Of a DNA stretch of 64,000 nucleotides, positions 19,941-31,202 are shown piece by piece. A program made the position numbers and the translations under genes. Below the pieces are notes generated by a model. It saw only the letters and a list, made by a program, of their open reading frames with translations, searched no databases and was not told where the DNA came from. The stretch lies in the NCBI GenBank assembly GCA_042408215.1, contig JAYFMW010000006.1:768001-832000 (forward strand), given 5' to 3'. The first letter of the stretch is position 1. The number at the start of each line of letters is the position of its first letter. This DNA is from Microcoleus sp. (GTDB lineage: Bacteria > Cyanobacteriota > Cyanobacteriia > Cyanobacteriales > Microcoleaceae).

Positions 19941-20744
19941 AGCATGATCGACACATACATATAGCCTTTCTCAGTAACAGTGCGGTGCACGCTTGATAAG
20001 CGGGCATAGGGCATAGGGCATAGGGCATACCTCACCAAGATTGAGAACTGCTATAGATAGATCTTTAATAGCTCCCTTCTCGGTGATTAGAACATTTTTA
20101 ATTGCTGAAACCATTGATTTTATAGCATTTTCCTTCTCCCTTCTTCCTTCTTCCTTCTTCCTTCTTCCTTCTTCCTTCTTCCTTCTTCTCTAGCTCCTGG
20201 CCACTGCCAAATCTCGATCTAAATATAAGAAATTCATATCAAAGCGGTGAAACTCTAGATAGCAAAGATTAATATATTTTATTCATCTAAAAACAGATTG
20301 CGATCGACAACACTAAATTACCGATCGGAGACGATCAAACCAATAAAAACAGAGATTTGCAGCCATTGGTAGCGCCCATGACCGCACGTAGGTCACAAAC
20401 CCACGGTATATCTAGTAAATATACGGTTGTAGCTAGGCAGGAACTTAGCATAGAGTCCGAATCATCGGTGACACGAGAGCTTGACCGGAACGACAATTTC
20501 ATGTATTTGTTGGAGCTATTGCCTTGTAAGGCTTCTGGGGTGTAATAGCAGCAACTTAGACCGACAATTTCAATTTTTTGACTCTACGAGCTTGTCTAAA
20601 TTTAAAAAGCAAGCTAATCTTGCCTAAGCATGATAGCTGTCAACAATCAGAATATTCTTGGTTGTTGATTTATAACGGCGTCATGCGATCCCCTTGAGTG
20701 TTTCCAAGGACTGTTAAGCGCTTCTCAGTAGGAGGTCGTTCTTT

Positions 20745-23291
20745 TTGAAACGAACATATCCCCAAACAAACCAGCCTGTTAAGGCTAATGAAATAGACAG
20801 AGACGATTTCGCAGAATCGTCCAAACAGACGGCGATGGGAAATGGCAGAGTTCGCTCTCTTGCCACCCTCGGATTGGCAATATCGGTAGGTGCTTCCGGC
20901 ATCCTGCTGCCGAGAACAGGGGACAGCGCTCGCGCGTCTGAACTCGCACAATCGGCAGAATCCACTGCTGAAGTACAGGCAGTATCAGCCAACGGGCTAG
21001 ATCCTTCTGCACAAGTTGACGGTTCCCCCGCCCAATCAGAGGCTGCCCTCTTTGATAGACAGCCTAACCCGGTGGCGGTTAAGGTGCAACAGGGACAAAC
21101 CCTTTGGGAGCTGTCTCGGGACTACGCACTTGAACCCAAGGCACTAGCAACTGCTAACGGTATCAAACCCGAAACCTTACTCCAAGTAGGGCAACAACTG
21201 ACAATTGGGCCGGCGACCGTCGTCGCATCACAACAGAACGCCGGCAACACCGCAGCCACGACACCCGATCGCGCGGCGGATGTCAATCCCGAACAAGAGT
21301 TAAATCTAACAGGCTCTGAACCGTTGGCGACGACGGCTCAGTCACCGCAGGAATCTACCGCAGCGACCCCGCTGGCCTCGACGGTACTCCCGCAAAGTTC
21401 GATCGCTCCTCCGAACCCAAACGGGGCGATCGAGAGTTTGAAAAAACAGGAAAACCGCTCATCAGCACCGGGTCGATCGGAGTTGATGTCTGATCGGGGA
21501 ACTGCATTATCTACATCTGCTGTATCTTTGCCCGCCATAGCACCAACGCCGGAATCTACCGGAGCGGCAACGCAGACAGCAATTCCCGACCTGTCGGCAA
21601 CACCTGTAATTCAAGCTCCAAATCCCGCGACTCAGAATCCAGGAACTCTGAATGCAGCACCCGATGGAGCGATCGAGTCCATTGAACAGTCGCTGTTCAC
21701 ACCAGGTTTACCTTCTGCTGTGGTCGTCCCCCCCGCAGGTAGCGCGGTAGCACCGACTGAGGTGTTGTACAGCGTGCGTCCAGGAGATACGCTAGATGTG
21801 ATCGCCAAAGGTCACAACGTGTCGGCCAAAGACCTGATCTCGCTCAACAAGCTGGGAAACCCCAACTTGCTGAATGTCAATCAACGGCTGAAAATTCCCC
21901 AAGTTGGATTAAATAATCCGACGGTGCAGTCTTCCGCCTCTATTTCTGCCTCCAACTCTACATCAGTCTTCTCGGCTGCTCGGGTTCCCGCATCTTTGAA
22001 CCCCAGCTCCGAAACCCCTGAAATTGGCGGTGCTGGCGTTGCCGCCATTACCCCAACAGTGCCTATAGTCTCTCCCCTTGGGAACTTGGAAGGTCTGAAC
22101 AATATTTCAGAGCCGATGGTTCCCAAAATTAACAGCATTTCGCTAACTCAAGTTTCTCAAAGCATTAGCGACCCTGGGAAGCTGGAACTTCAAGGCGAAC
22201 CAACATTTACAGGTGCTGTTGATACCAGTGCGCTGCCCAAAATCCCTCAGACTGCAACTGCAATCCCCAACTTGACCCCAATTTCTAGCACCGGGGGTTT
22301 AGGCGCTGATACCACCAACGCTTTACCCGATGCGAATCTGGCGGTAGCTCCCCTAGCAGGAGAATTGCCAGTGGGCGATGCCTCGGTCGATCGGACAACC
22401 GGACAGGCTCTCAACCCTTATGCCGAACGCTTGAGGGCGGAAATTGTCAGGCTGCGATCGGAATATCGGGCCGAGCGCAATTCGATCGGGGCCTCCTCCC
22501 TCTCCCAGGCTCCCAATCAGGAGCCTCAGGCGCAAGTCGCCACGGAGGACCCATCTGAGAATAGCCAAAATCTGAATAATCCCTATCTCTACACCCCTGA
22601 GTACGATCGAGCGGTGCAGAATGAAATCAGCCGACCTCCCTCGAGAGCGTGGTCAGAGCAGGTTCAGAAGCAGCAGCAAGAGCGTTTTGACCCGGATCGC
22701 GCTGCTCAATTGCAACCGATTAACCTGATGCCGACCAGTGCTCTACAGCAGCCGGTGGTGGCAACTGCTCCTTTGGGTGCAGATGGTTACGACCCCCTGA
22801 GCAACCCGTCTTTGGGACAGATGGTTTCTCCAGAATTGCCCCCGCTTTCTAGCCCTGATACCTATCTGCCTAACGGCTCAAAACAACGGTCGGCTAATGG
22901 GTTTATTTGGCCTGCTAAGGGCGTTCTCACTTCTGGCTACGGCTGGCGCTGGGGACGGATGCACAAGGGTATTGATGTTGCAGGGCCGATCGGCACACCA
23001 ATTGTGGCTGCCTCTGACGGGGTAGTGACCTATGCACAGTGGAACGATGGCGGCTACGGCTATCTGGTAGAAATTACCCATGCCGACGGCTCTGAGACTG
23101 TCTATGCCCACAACAGCCGGATTTTGGTGCAAAAGGGTCAGAAGGTCGCTCAAGGCGAACAGATTTCGGAAATGGGCAGCACTGGCTTCAGTACCGGCCC
23201 ACACTTGCACTTTGAAATTCATCCCGCCGGACAGGGTGCTGTCAATCCGATGGCTTTTCTGCCAGACGATGCACAGAGCGCTTCTCGCTAA
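20745..23291 (+). CDS. LysM-domain M23 metallopeptidase (NlpD-like)
   Basis: Two LysM domains (VQQGQTLWEL, VRPGDTLDVI); M23 motifs HKGID, YAH, GPHLHFE. Confidence 0.92.
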   Translation: MKRTYPQTNQPVKANEIDRDDFAESSKQTAMGNGRVRSLATLGLAISVGASGILLPRTGDSARASELAQSAESTAEVQAVSANGLDPSAQVDGSPAQSEAALFDRQPNPVAVKVQQGQTLWELSRDYALEPKALATANGIKPETLLQVGQQLTIGPATVVASQQNAGNTAATTPDRAADVNPEQELNLTGSEPLATTAQSPQESTAATPLASTVLPQSSIAPPNPNGAIESLKKQENRSSAPGRSELMSDRGTALSTSAVSLPAIAPTPESTGAATQTAIPDLSATPVIQAPNPATQNPGTLNAAPDGAIESIEQSLFTPGLPSAVVVPPAGSAVAPTEVLYSVRPGDTLDVIAKGHNVSAKDLISLNKLGNPNLLNVNQRLKIPQVGLNNPTVQSSASISASNSTSVFSAARVPASLNPSSETPEIGGAGVAAITPTVPIVSPLGNLEGLNNISEPMVPKINSISLTQVSQSISDPGKLELQGEPTFTGAVDTSALPKIPQTATAIPNLTPISSTGGLGADTTNALPDANLAVAPLAGELPVGDASVDRTTGQALNPYAERLRAEIVRLRSEYRAERNSIGASSLSQAPNQEPQAQVATEDPSENSQNLNNPYLYTPEYDRAVQNEISRPPSRAWSEQVQKQQQERFDPDRAAQLQPINLMPTSALQQPVVATAPLGADGYDPLSNPSLGQMVSPELPPLSSPDTYLPNGSKQRSANGFIWPAKGVLTSGYGWRWGRMHKGIDVAGPIGTPIVAASDGVVTYAQWNDGGYGYLVEITHADGSETVYAHNSRILVQKGQKVAQGEQISEMGSTGFSTGPHLHFEIHPAGQGAVNPMAFLPDDAQSASR

Positions 23292-23429
23292 TGACTTGTC
23301 TGAAGTTATGAGTTTTGATTGATTAGCAAAACTCATAACTTTAACGACAAGCTATTAGAAATTCTGCCGTATATCAGTGAGCCATAGCTCGCATTACCGT
23401 GCTACGATAGTAAATCGTGAAGTCGGTTT

Positions 23430-23502
23430 GGCTCAGTGGCGCAGTGGTTAGCGCAGGGGACTCATAAGCCCAAGGTCGCAGGTTCAAATCCCGCCTGAGC
23501 CA
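23430..23502 (+). tRNA. trnM: tRNA-Met (CAT), elongator type; CCA not encoded
   Basis: Acceptor stem GGCTCAG...CTGAGCC-A, anticodon loop CTCATAA, T-loop GGTTCAAATCC. Confidence 0.93.
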
Positions 23503-23561
23503 TAATGTAATTACAATCAGCACGCTCTCAGTTTTGAGAGTGTGTTTTTTATAGCCGAAGG

Positions 23562-23841
23562 CAGAAGGAAGTTCGGCAACGGATTCGCTCCACGGATTTA
23601 ACGGATTTAACGGATGTAACGGATTTAACGGATGTAACGCCGGGAAGGAAGAAGGAAGAAGGAAGTTCGGCAACGGATTCTGTAACGGATTTAACGGATT
23701 TAACGGATTTAACGGATTTAACGCCGGGAAGGAAGAAGGAAGAAGGAAGTTCGGCAACGGATTCTGTAACGGATTTAACGGATTTAACGGATTTAACGGA
23801 TTTAACGCCGGGAAGGAAGAAGGAAGAAGGAAGAAGGAAGG
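23562..23841. repeat. Three higher-order tandem units built from the 9-mer ACGGAT[T/G]TA and the heptamer GAAGGAA
   Basis: GAAGGAAGTTCGGCAACGGATTC-(ACGGATTTA)n-ACGCCGG x3; single related copy at about 42829-42910. Confidence 0.88.
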
Positions 23842-24102
23842 CACTCTGAGATTGATTTTGACACGGATACACGGATTAATTATCGAGCGTGAGGCATGAG
23901 TCAGATGTTGAAGCAAGAAGGAAGAAGTTATCTAGGAGAGAACGAAGAAGTCGAGGCGATCAGGCAATTCCCCGCAATGGTTTCAGCAATTAATCACGTC
24001 CCGTGGAACCGCTCAGGTTGCTATAAATTTTGAGTTCAGGTAGTTGTAGTCGTTATGAGTATGATATATTTGTAACAGTTCGTAAACAAGGAAACAAAAT
24101 CT

Positions 24103-24702
24103 ATGAGTAGTGAATGCCTCCGCGTCGGTCAACCTGCACCAGACTTCGCAGCAACAGCCGTAGTCGATCAGGAATTTAAGACAGTTAAACTGTCTGACTA
24201 TAAAGGCAAAAAGTATGTAGTCCTGTTCTTCTACCCCTTGGACTTCACCTTTGTCTGTCCGACTGAGATTACAGCATTTAGCGATCGCTTTGACGAATTC
24301 AATAAAATCGATACCGAAATCCTCGGCGTATCCGTTGACAGCGAATTCTCTCACCTCGCATGGATACAGTCAGACCGCAAATCCGGCGGAGTTGGCGACC
24401 TCAACTATCCTCTAGTTGCCGATATCAAAAAAACAATTAGTACCGACTACAACGTCCTCGACCCAGAAGCAGGTATTGCCCTCAGAGGTCTGTTTATCAT
24501 CGATAAAGAAGGCATCATCCAACACTCTACTATCAATAACCTTGCCTTCGGCCGCAACGTGGACGAAACTCTCCGCACTCTGCAAGCTATTCAACACGTC
24601 CAGTCTCACCCCGATGAAGTTTGTCCCGCCGGCTGGCAGCCCGGTGACAAAACCATGACTCCCGATCCCGTCAAGTCTAAAGTATTCTTTGCTGCTATCT
24701 AA
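24103..24702 (+). CDS. ahpC: 2-Cys peroxiredoxin (AhpC/TSA)
   Basis: [13 protein letters not shown] and EVCPAGW. Confidence 0.95.
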   Translation: MSSECLRVGQPAPDFAATAVVDQEFKTVKLSDYKGKKYVVLFFYPLDFTFVCPTEITAFSDRFDEFNKIDTEILGVSVDSEFSHLAWIQSDRKSGGVGDLNYPLVADIKKTISTDYNVLDPEAGIALRGLFIIDKEGIIQHSTINNLAFGRNVDETLRTLQAIQHVQSHPDEVCPAGWQPGDKTMTPDPVKSKVFFAAI

Positions 24703-24827
24703 CTTGATAGTTTTGAGTTGTAGGGGCGGCGCCTGTGAGTGCCCGCCCGCTCGAAACTTTCCCTGCAATTCCCAATTCCCAATTCCCAATTCCCAATTCC
24801 CAATTCCCAATTACCCAATTAGGAAAT

Positions 24828-25367
24828 ATGCTGACTTCTACAGATTTTAGCGGCTTGTTAAATCAGCGGTTTTTTCAAAATTTATTGCCGGTTCCCGCTA
24901 CTAATGTTCTGAAGCTGGGACAGATGACCCCAGATTTTGAGTTGCCGGATATTACTAATGGCAAACTCGTACGCCTATCTAATTATCGTGGCGATAGGCC
25001 CGTGGTTCTCGCTTTCACTCGGATTTTTACTGAAAAGCAATATTGCCCTTTCTGTTTTCCTCATATTAAAGCTTTGAATGAAAACTGGGAAAAATTTGCC
25101 GATCGCAATATAGAATTATTGATGGTTACGAGTACCGACGATCGCCAAAGCCTGATTGTGGTTAGAGATTTAGGATTGAAAATGCCACTGTTGAGCGATC
25201 CTAGTTGTCAGATTTTTCGCGCCTATCAAGTCGGTCAAGCTTTAGGAGCTCCTTTGCCTGCTCAGTTTGTTTTGGATGAAAACGGCAAACTCCTATTTAA
25301 ACATTTGTTCTCCTTCATCGACCACAATGCTAGTGTGGAAACTTTGCTGAAATCTCTCCCTCAGTAG
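24828..25367 (+). CDS. Peroxiredoxin-like AhpC/TSA family protein
   Basis: Likely start MLTSTDF (the upstream extension is CCCAATT repeats); PDFELPD, YCPFC. Confidence 0.85.
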   Translation: MLTSTDFSGLLNQRFFQNLLPVPATNVLKLGQMTPDFELPDITNGKLVRLSNYRGDRPVVLAFTRIFTEKQYCPFCFPHIKALNENWEKFADRNIELLMVTSTDDRQSLIVVRDLGLKMPLLSDPSCQIFRAYQVGQALGAPLPAQFVLDENGKLLFKHLFSFIDHNASVETLLKSLPQ

Positions 25368-26079
25368 AAACACGAGATTGCGCTGTTCTAACTTGAAGTG
25401 TTTAACCGTAAATACACGCAGATCTAGCAACCGCCAAGAGACTTAAGACACTCTTAATCCCTGAAACTATTACTGTGACTCTATTTCCCTTCTTCCTTCT
25501 TCCGACTTCCATCGGACTTCTGCTATAAATACTGATTGTGCCAATTCCTGCGACGGAATACTCGGATGTTCGATCGACCGTAAGTTAGGCTATAGCTGGA
25601 ATGTAGCTACTACCAGTTTAAGCCGATGTTGTCTCCCTCATGTCGATCGAGCAAAATTGAATTGAGCGTCTTAGCATCCCATCCAGAGTTGTTGACAGGT
25701 TTAGATGCGTGGCTGCGGCTGGGTTTGCTCTCCCCCGCTGAGGTTGAGCTGTTGTGCCGCCAGTATCTAGTTTGCCCGTTAAAAGAGCCTGCTGTCGATC
25801 GCCCTGAAATTGATAGATCGATCGCTCAACTTCCAGCACAAAAAGTACCTGTCCTATCAACATCTAAATCATTACCTAACAGCCTAAAAAACGTTTCTAC
25901 ACCCACACAAACAGCTCAGACTCCAAATTTAATCCCTGATGTTCTGCACTCGCTCATGGCAGAAATTAGCGTCGTGTGGCTGCTATTTTTAGGAGTCTTC
26001 ATGGTAGTTGTCTCCTCTGGAGTATTAGCAGCCAGTCAGTGGGAAAAATTTCCGGCGGCGGGACAATATGCAGTTTTAC

Positions 26080-27436
26080 CAAGACAATGGGTCTAAAGCC
26101 CCGTCCTTCTAGGACGGCTTTAATTTCTATAAAGTGTAAATAATTATTAAACCTACGCACTTTTTAAACACAGTGCTTTGTAAAAATGATAGAATAATGG
26201 CATGATTGTACTAGAGTTTAAGTTAAAGGGCAAAGCGCAGCAATACCGGATTATCGACGAAATGATCCGCACAGCGCAGTTTGTCCGAAATAAAACTCTT
26301 AGACACTGGATTGATCATCAAGGAGTTAAGTTGGTCGATCTATACAAACAATGCGCCATCATGGCTAAAGAGTTTGAATGGGCAGGAAAACTTAACTCAA
26401 TGGCACGTCAAGCTTCGGCGGAACGTGCCATTTTTGCTATCCAACGTTTTTTCTCGAATTGTAAGGCTAAGAAGCCAGGGAAAAAGGGCTACCCGCAGTT
26501 TAAGAAACACACCCGTTCCGTAGAATATAAGACATCAGGATGGTCGCTTTCTACAGACAAAAGATGTCTAACTTTCACGGATGATTTTGCCGCTGGAACA
26601 TTTAGGCTACTTGGTAGTCGAGATTTGCACTTCTATGCACCTGGTGAAATCAAACGAATCAGAGTAATCCGTCGTGCCGATGGCTACTACGCTCAGTTTT
26701 GTATCAACGTGGAACGGACAGAGGAAACAATTCCTACTGGCAAAGCCGTAGGGTTGGATGTAGGTTTAAACCATTTCTACACTGATAGCACCGGGGAAAC
26801 AGTTCCTAATCCTCGACATTTGCGTAAAAGTGAAAAAGCTTTAAAGCGATTACAGAAACGAGTTTCTCGGAAAAAGAAAGGTTCGGGCAATCGTAAGAAA
26901 GCTATCAATAAGTTAGGTAGAAAACATTTGAAAGTCAGTAGGCAACGCAAAGACTTCGCCATCAACACGGCGTTGTGCGTGGTGAAATCTAGCGATTTCG
27001 TAGCCTAGGTCGACCTTCAGGTTAAAAATATGGTGAACAACCATAAGCTTGCTAAATCTATTAGTGATGCAGCTTGGTCGCAGTTTGCTCAATGGTTGCA
27101 ATACTTTGGAAAAGTGTACGGTAAAACAGTAGTTGCTGTTGCTCCTCAGTATACTTCTCAAGATTGCTCAACCTGTGGCAATAGTGTTAAGAAATCGCTT
27201 TCAGTTAGGACTCATGTTTGCAGTTGTGGTACAGTTTTAGATCGCGATCATAATGCAGCTTTGAATATTTTGGCTCTCGGATTGAAAGCCCGTGCTGGAA
27301 TTAATTTAAATACGGTGGGGCACACCGGAATTAACGCTTGGGGACAGACCGACCTCTACTCGCTGGTGGTAACATCAACGGGCAAGCCGACTGACTGAAC
27401 CAAGAATCCTCGTGCCTTCAGGCCGAGGAGTGTCAA
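26080..27436 (+). mobile_element. IS200/IS605 (IS1341-type) tnpB-only element
   Basis: TTAC|CAAGACAATGGGTCTAAAGCCCCGTCCTTCTAGGACGGC ... GAATCCTCGTGCCTTCAGGCCGAGGAGTGTCAA|; no TSD. Confidence 0.92.
26202..27398 (+). pseudogene. tnpB: tnpB with an in-frame stop at 27006-27008 and loss of the RuvC-II glutamate
   Basis: GLDVG ... VA*VDL (expected VAYEDL) ... CSTC, CSC, DRDHNAA. Confidence 0.88.
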
Positions 27437-30400
27437 TAGCTTATACTTTAACTTTTTGGGCGATTAGCAGTTGGGCAAAAAGACAGCAAAATTTACACTT
27501 GACAGCTCAAACTTTGCAAATTGTGACGCTATTACTGGTGCCGATCAATTTTTGGGCGATGGATAGTTTTGGATTGTGGCGGTATCCTTGGGATTGGGCG
27601 GTAGCCATCGCAGCCGCAATTATTTTAACTTGGATGACTAGGGGGATTATTAAAGATCAGTATGAAAAAATTTCGGGAAAAAATGTAACTTTATCGATCG
27701 CCCTAAATCATTTAGGATTGAGTTATTTGCACTGGGGCTGGGGATTTGCGGGCTTTTCGCTGATTGCCGTTTATTTGGGCACGGTGGGCACTGCTGCTGC
27801 TACAGTTTATCAAGTTCGACAACAACCGTTGCCATCTATAAAACGCGAGACAACCAGTGAAAATTTGACTGCTGCTTTCGGTTCAAAACAAGATTTTCTT
27901 ACTTACAAAAAAGCGGCTTTAGTAGTTTATTCATTAAGTATTTTACTGAATCGGGCGATATTTGTCAAGGGTGTAGATATCGCTCAAATGGGTTTAGCTT
28001 TGGGGATTTGCGGTACTCTTTTGGGATGGCTGGATTGGCAGCAATTGGGAGAATCTTCAGCTACTGCAAACAATATATCCAAGCAGCATCATCCTAGCAA
28101 CTTCTTTAATTGGCAATTAGCCGGAGGGAGTTTGTTGGGTTTGGGGTGGCTGGTTTCCGTGGCGGAAATGCCCCTACAGGCGATCGCCGTTAGCGCCTTG
28201 GCTATTGGGTTTTTTTACAACCGTTTACTCAGGTTTTGGCAAAAGTTTGATTTGCTGATGCTTTTCGGGGTTGGGAATTCAGACTGTTTTGCTGTTTTGG
28301 CGGGTGATTCCTGTCGGAATTAAAACACAATTTGTCACATTTTTAACTCAAATTACCAATTCTCAGTCAACTCCTTGGGCGTTGTGCGGTGTTTTGCTCT
28401 TTCCTTATTTAATATTAATGGTAAGTGCGACGCAATGGCTCTACCGCCAGCAAAAGTTTCAACTTGCCAGTTTTGGCGAAAACCTTACTCTTGGTTTGGG
28501 GAGTGTTTTAACTGTTATTAGTTTAGTCAATCCCTATTTGCGATCGATCAATTTAGTAGCTTCTACTTTAACTTTAGGTTGGATAACTTGGAAATATGCA
28601 GTTACGGATAATTCCCGTCAAATTTCCTCACCTATTGCCGATGTTCGCCAAAAGCAAGATCCAACAAGTTTAGTTTACCTGACACACATTACTGGCTTAT
28701 CCGCAATCTGTTCGGGAATTGACTTATTTCTCCGAAACCAGACTCCTGAAGTGTGGGCTGCTATTTTATTACTTTTGATGGTAGCTGAATGGGGCTTTTT
28801 TGTCAAGATGAAAGCAGCAAATTCTCAAGAAAATTCTCCGTCTTTGCGCTTTCATCCTTCATGCTTCCAAAGTGCGTGGTATTTGGGATTAGTATTAGCC
28901 GGATTGAGCTTTATTCTGTTGCAAAGTGCTCTTTCAGCTATTGCCGATCGCCCTCAGTGGAGTTTAATCTGGTTGGCCACACCTTTAGCTTTGACTGCTG
29001 TTGCTAAATATACCGAATTGCCTCACAGACAAGTTGCTAGTACCTTTAGTTCGATCGCTCTAATTTTAGCACAATTTCTGACTTTTGATTTTCCGGGATG
29101 TCGGTTAATTGGTTTGGGTTTAGCAACCCTATTCATGTTAGTCAATACCTACTTTTTAGTCGAGATGTCAGCGGCAGCAATTACCGTGGGATTTGGCTTG
29201 AGCTTCCTAGCGGCATCTATTTTACAATTAGACTTTTTGTCTGGTTGGGATTGGGGAATTGCTGGGGCGATCGCTCTTTTGTGTTTGTGGTTGCTTCGCG
29301 ATATGATGATTCGCTATGCACAGCGCGTACCTTCCCCTTCTCCAATAGCCGAAATTTACGATCGAGCTTTAGATGGTTGGGCTATCTTACTCGCCAGCTT
29401 GCTGTTGACAATTATCACTGTTTATTCATTTAGCTTATACACAGACACTAGCTTGGATTTTCTGTCATCTGTTCAAGTATTTATTGCTACTTTGGGAACA
29501 ATTACTGCTGTTGTTTACCGCAGTTATCGACAAATTTCGCCTTGGGCAATTTATGCCCTAGCTTGGAGTTTGGAGTTGCTGACTGCTGTTGGTTTGAGTT
29601 TTGTCGATCGCACTACAATTAATTTAGCAGTTGCTAATATTGCTCTCGGATTATCCACACAATTATTGGGTGATGTCTGGAGACACCGAAACCCCGTTAG
29701 CGTTAGCGAAGCGATCCGAAGGAAAGCCCTCGAAGAGGATCGCACAATTTTACCTAGTGTTCATGTTATACCTTTGGTTTACGGGCTGTTGGGTTTGATT
29801 TTGCGATCGCACACTTTTACGAATTGGACTGGTTTAACTGTTTTAGGTGCGTCTTTAATTGCGATCGGAGTTGGTAGGCGGCAGCAAGAATTTAAACCTC
29901 TGATTTATTTGGGATTAATTGGCGTTTCTATTTCTGCCTATGAATCAGTGCTTTATCAACTTTTTCAAACACCAGGAGGAGCTTTTGGCGATGGCTTAAT
30001 CCTGCTCGCAACTCTCGGCACAACTTTAACATACATCTATCGCCTTTTATCTCCTTGGCTGAGCAACTATTTGCGTTTAACTAATACCGAAATCACAATA
30101 TTTGCACACCTGCACTGGGTTTTGAGCAGTTGGCTGATGATTTCAGATTCTACGAATGTTATCCAATCTAATCTCAATTTAGGATTAGTCACGGGTGCTT
30201 TATTAGTTCAATACGCTTTCTTACAAGGGCGAAATAATCCCGATCGCCAATGGGTAGAAATTTGGATTTACTTAGGCTGGCTAGAAGCCTTTGGTATCCG
30301 GCTTTATTGGATCAATACACCTTTAGTCAAGTATATTTCTGGGCCCTTGGGGCCTTGGAAAGTTGCCCTCGCCTCTCTATTTGCCTATTTCATTTACATC

Positions 30401-31202
30401 ATGCCTTGGGAAAGGTGGGCTTGGTCAAAACATCCCTGGAAAATCATCGCTTCCCTGATTCCAATGGTGGCTATTTTGGAAAGTCCAGCTAAGTTTTATC
30501 CGATTAGTTTGCTGATAGCTGCCGCCTTCTATATTTTCCTGGCTTGGGAAAAGCAACAAGTCCGTTTTACCTACGTGAGTGTGGCAATAATTGACTGGAT
30601 ATTGCTGCGCTGGTTTTGGCAAATTGGATTGACTCAGCCAGAGTTTTATGTTACTCCTTTCGGACTTTCTTTGCTTTACATTAGTCAGTTCGATCGCACT
30701 CTTAAATTACCCGAACAAAAACCACTGCGCCACAATCTGCGAATGCTAGGAACAGCGCTAATTTGCGGGATACCTTTGTTGACTCAGCAGAACAATGGTT
30801 TGGTTGCAGGAGCTTTTAGTTTGGCCGCGATAGCAGCAGGTTTGTCACTGCGAGTTCGGGCGTTTTTGTTTGTGGGAACGGGGATATTTTTAATCAATGT
30901 TTTCTATCAGTTGGTAGTTCTGATATTTGATCGCCCGCTGATTAAATGGGCGATTGGTTTGGCTTTTGGGATTGTGTTTATTTGGATTGCTGCTACTTTT
31001 GAAACTCGGCGCGATCGCATTACCGCTTTCCTGCACCATTGGATTCTTCAATTACAATCCTGGGAGTAGATTTATTCAATTTGGGATTTGGGATTTGGGA
31101 TTTCGGATTTAGGGAATTACGCATCAAAATCAAAGAAACCGGGTTTTTTGCCATTTCTACTGCTTTGACATCCACCCCGACCTAAAGGTACGGGGATTCC
31201 AT

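Larger units (their letters stand above)
25626..31069 (+). pseudogene. Large polytopic membrane protein (DUF2157-like), interrupted by a tnpB element and a +1 frameshift near 28272
   Basis: Removing 26080-27436 gives ...GQYAVL|LAYTLTFW... in frame. The frame switches at GTTGGGAATT. Many hydrophobic segments. Confidence 0.8.

Noticed and set aside
23374..23916. Low-complexity ORFs (LNPLNP / VKSVKS)
   Set aside because: Translations of tandem repeats, one of them antisense to the tRNA.
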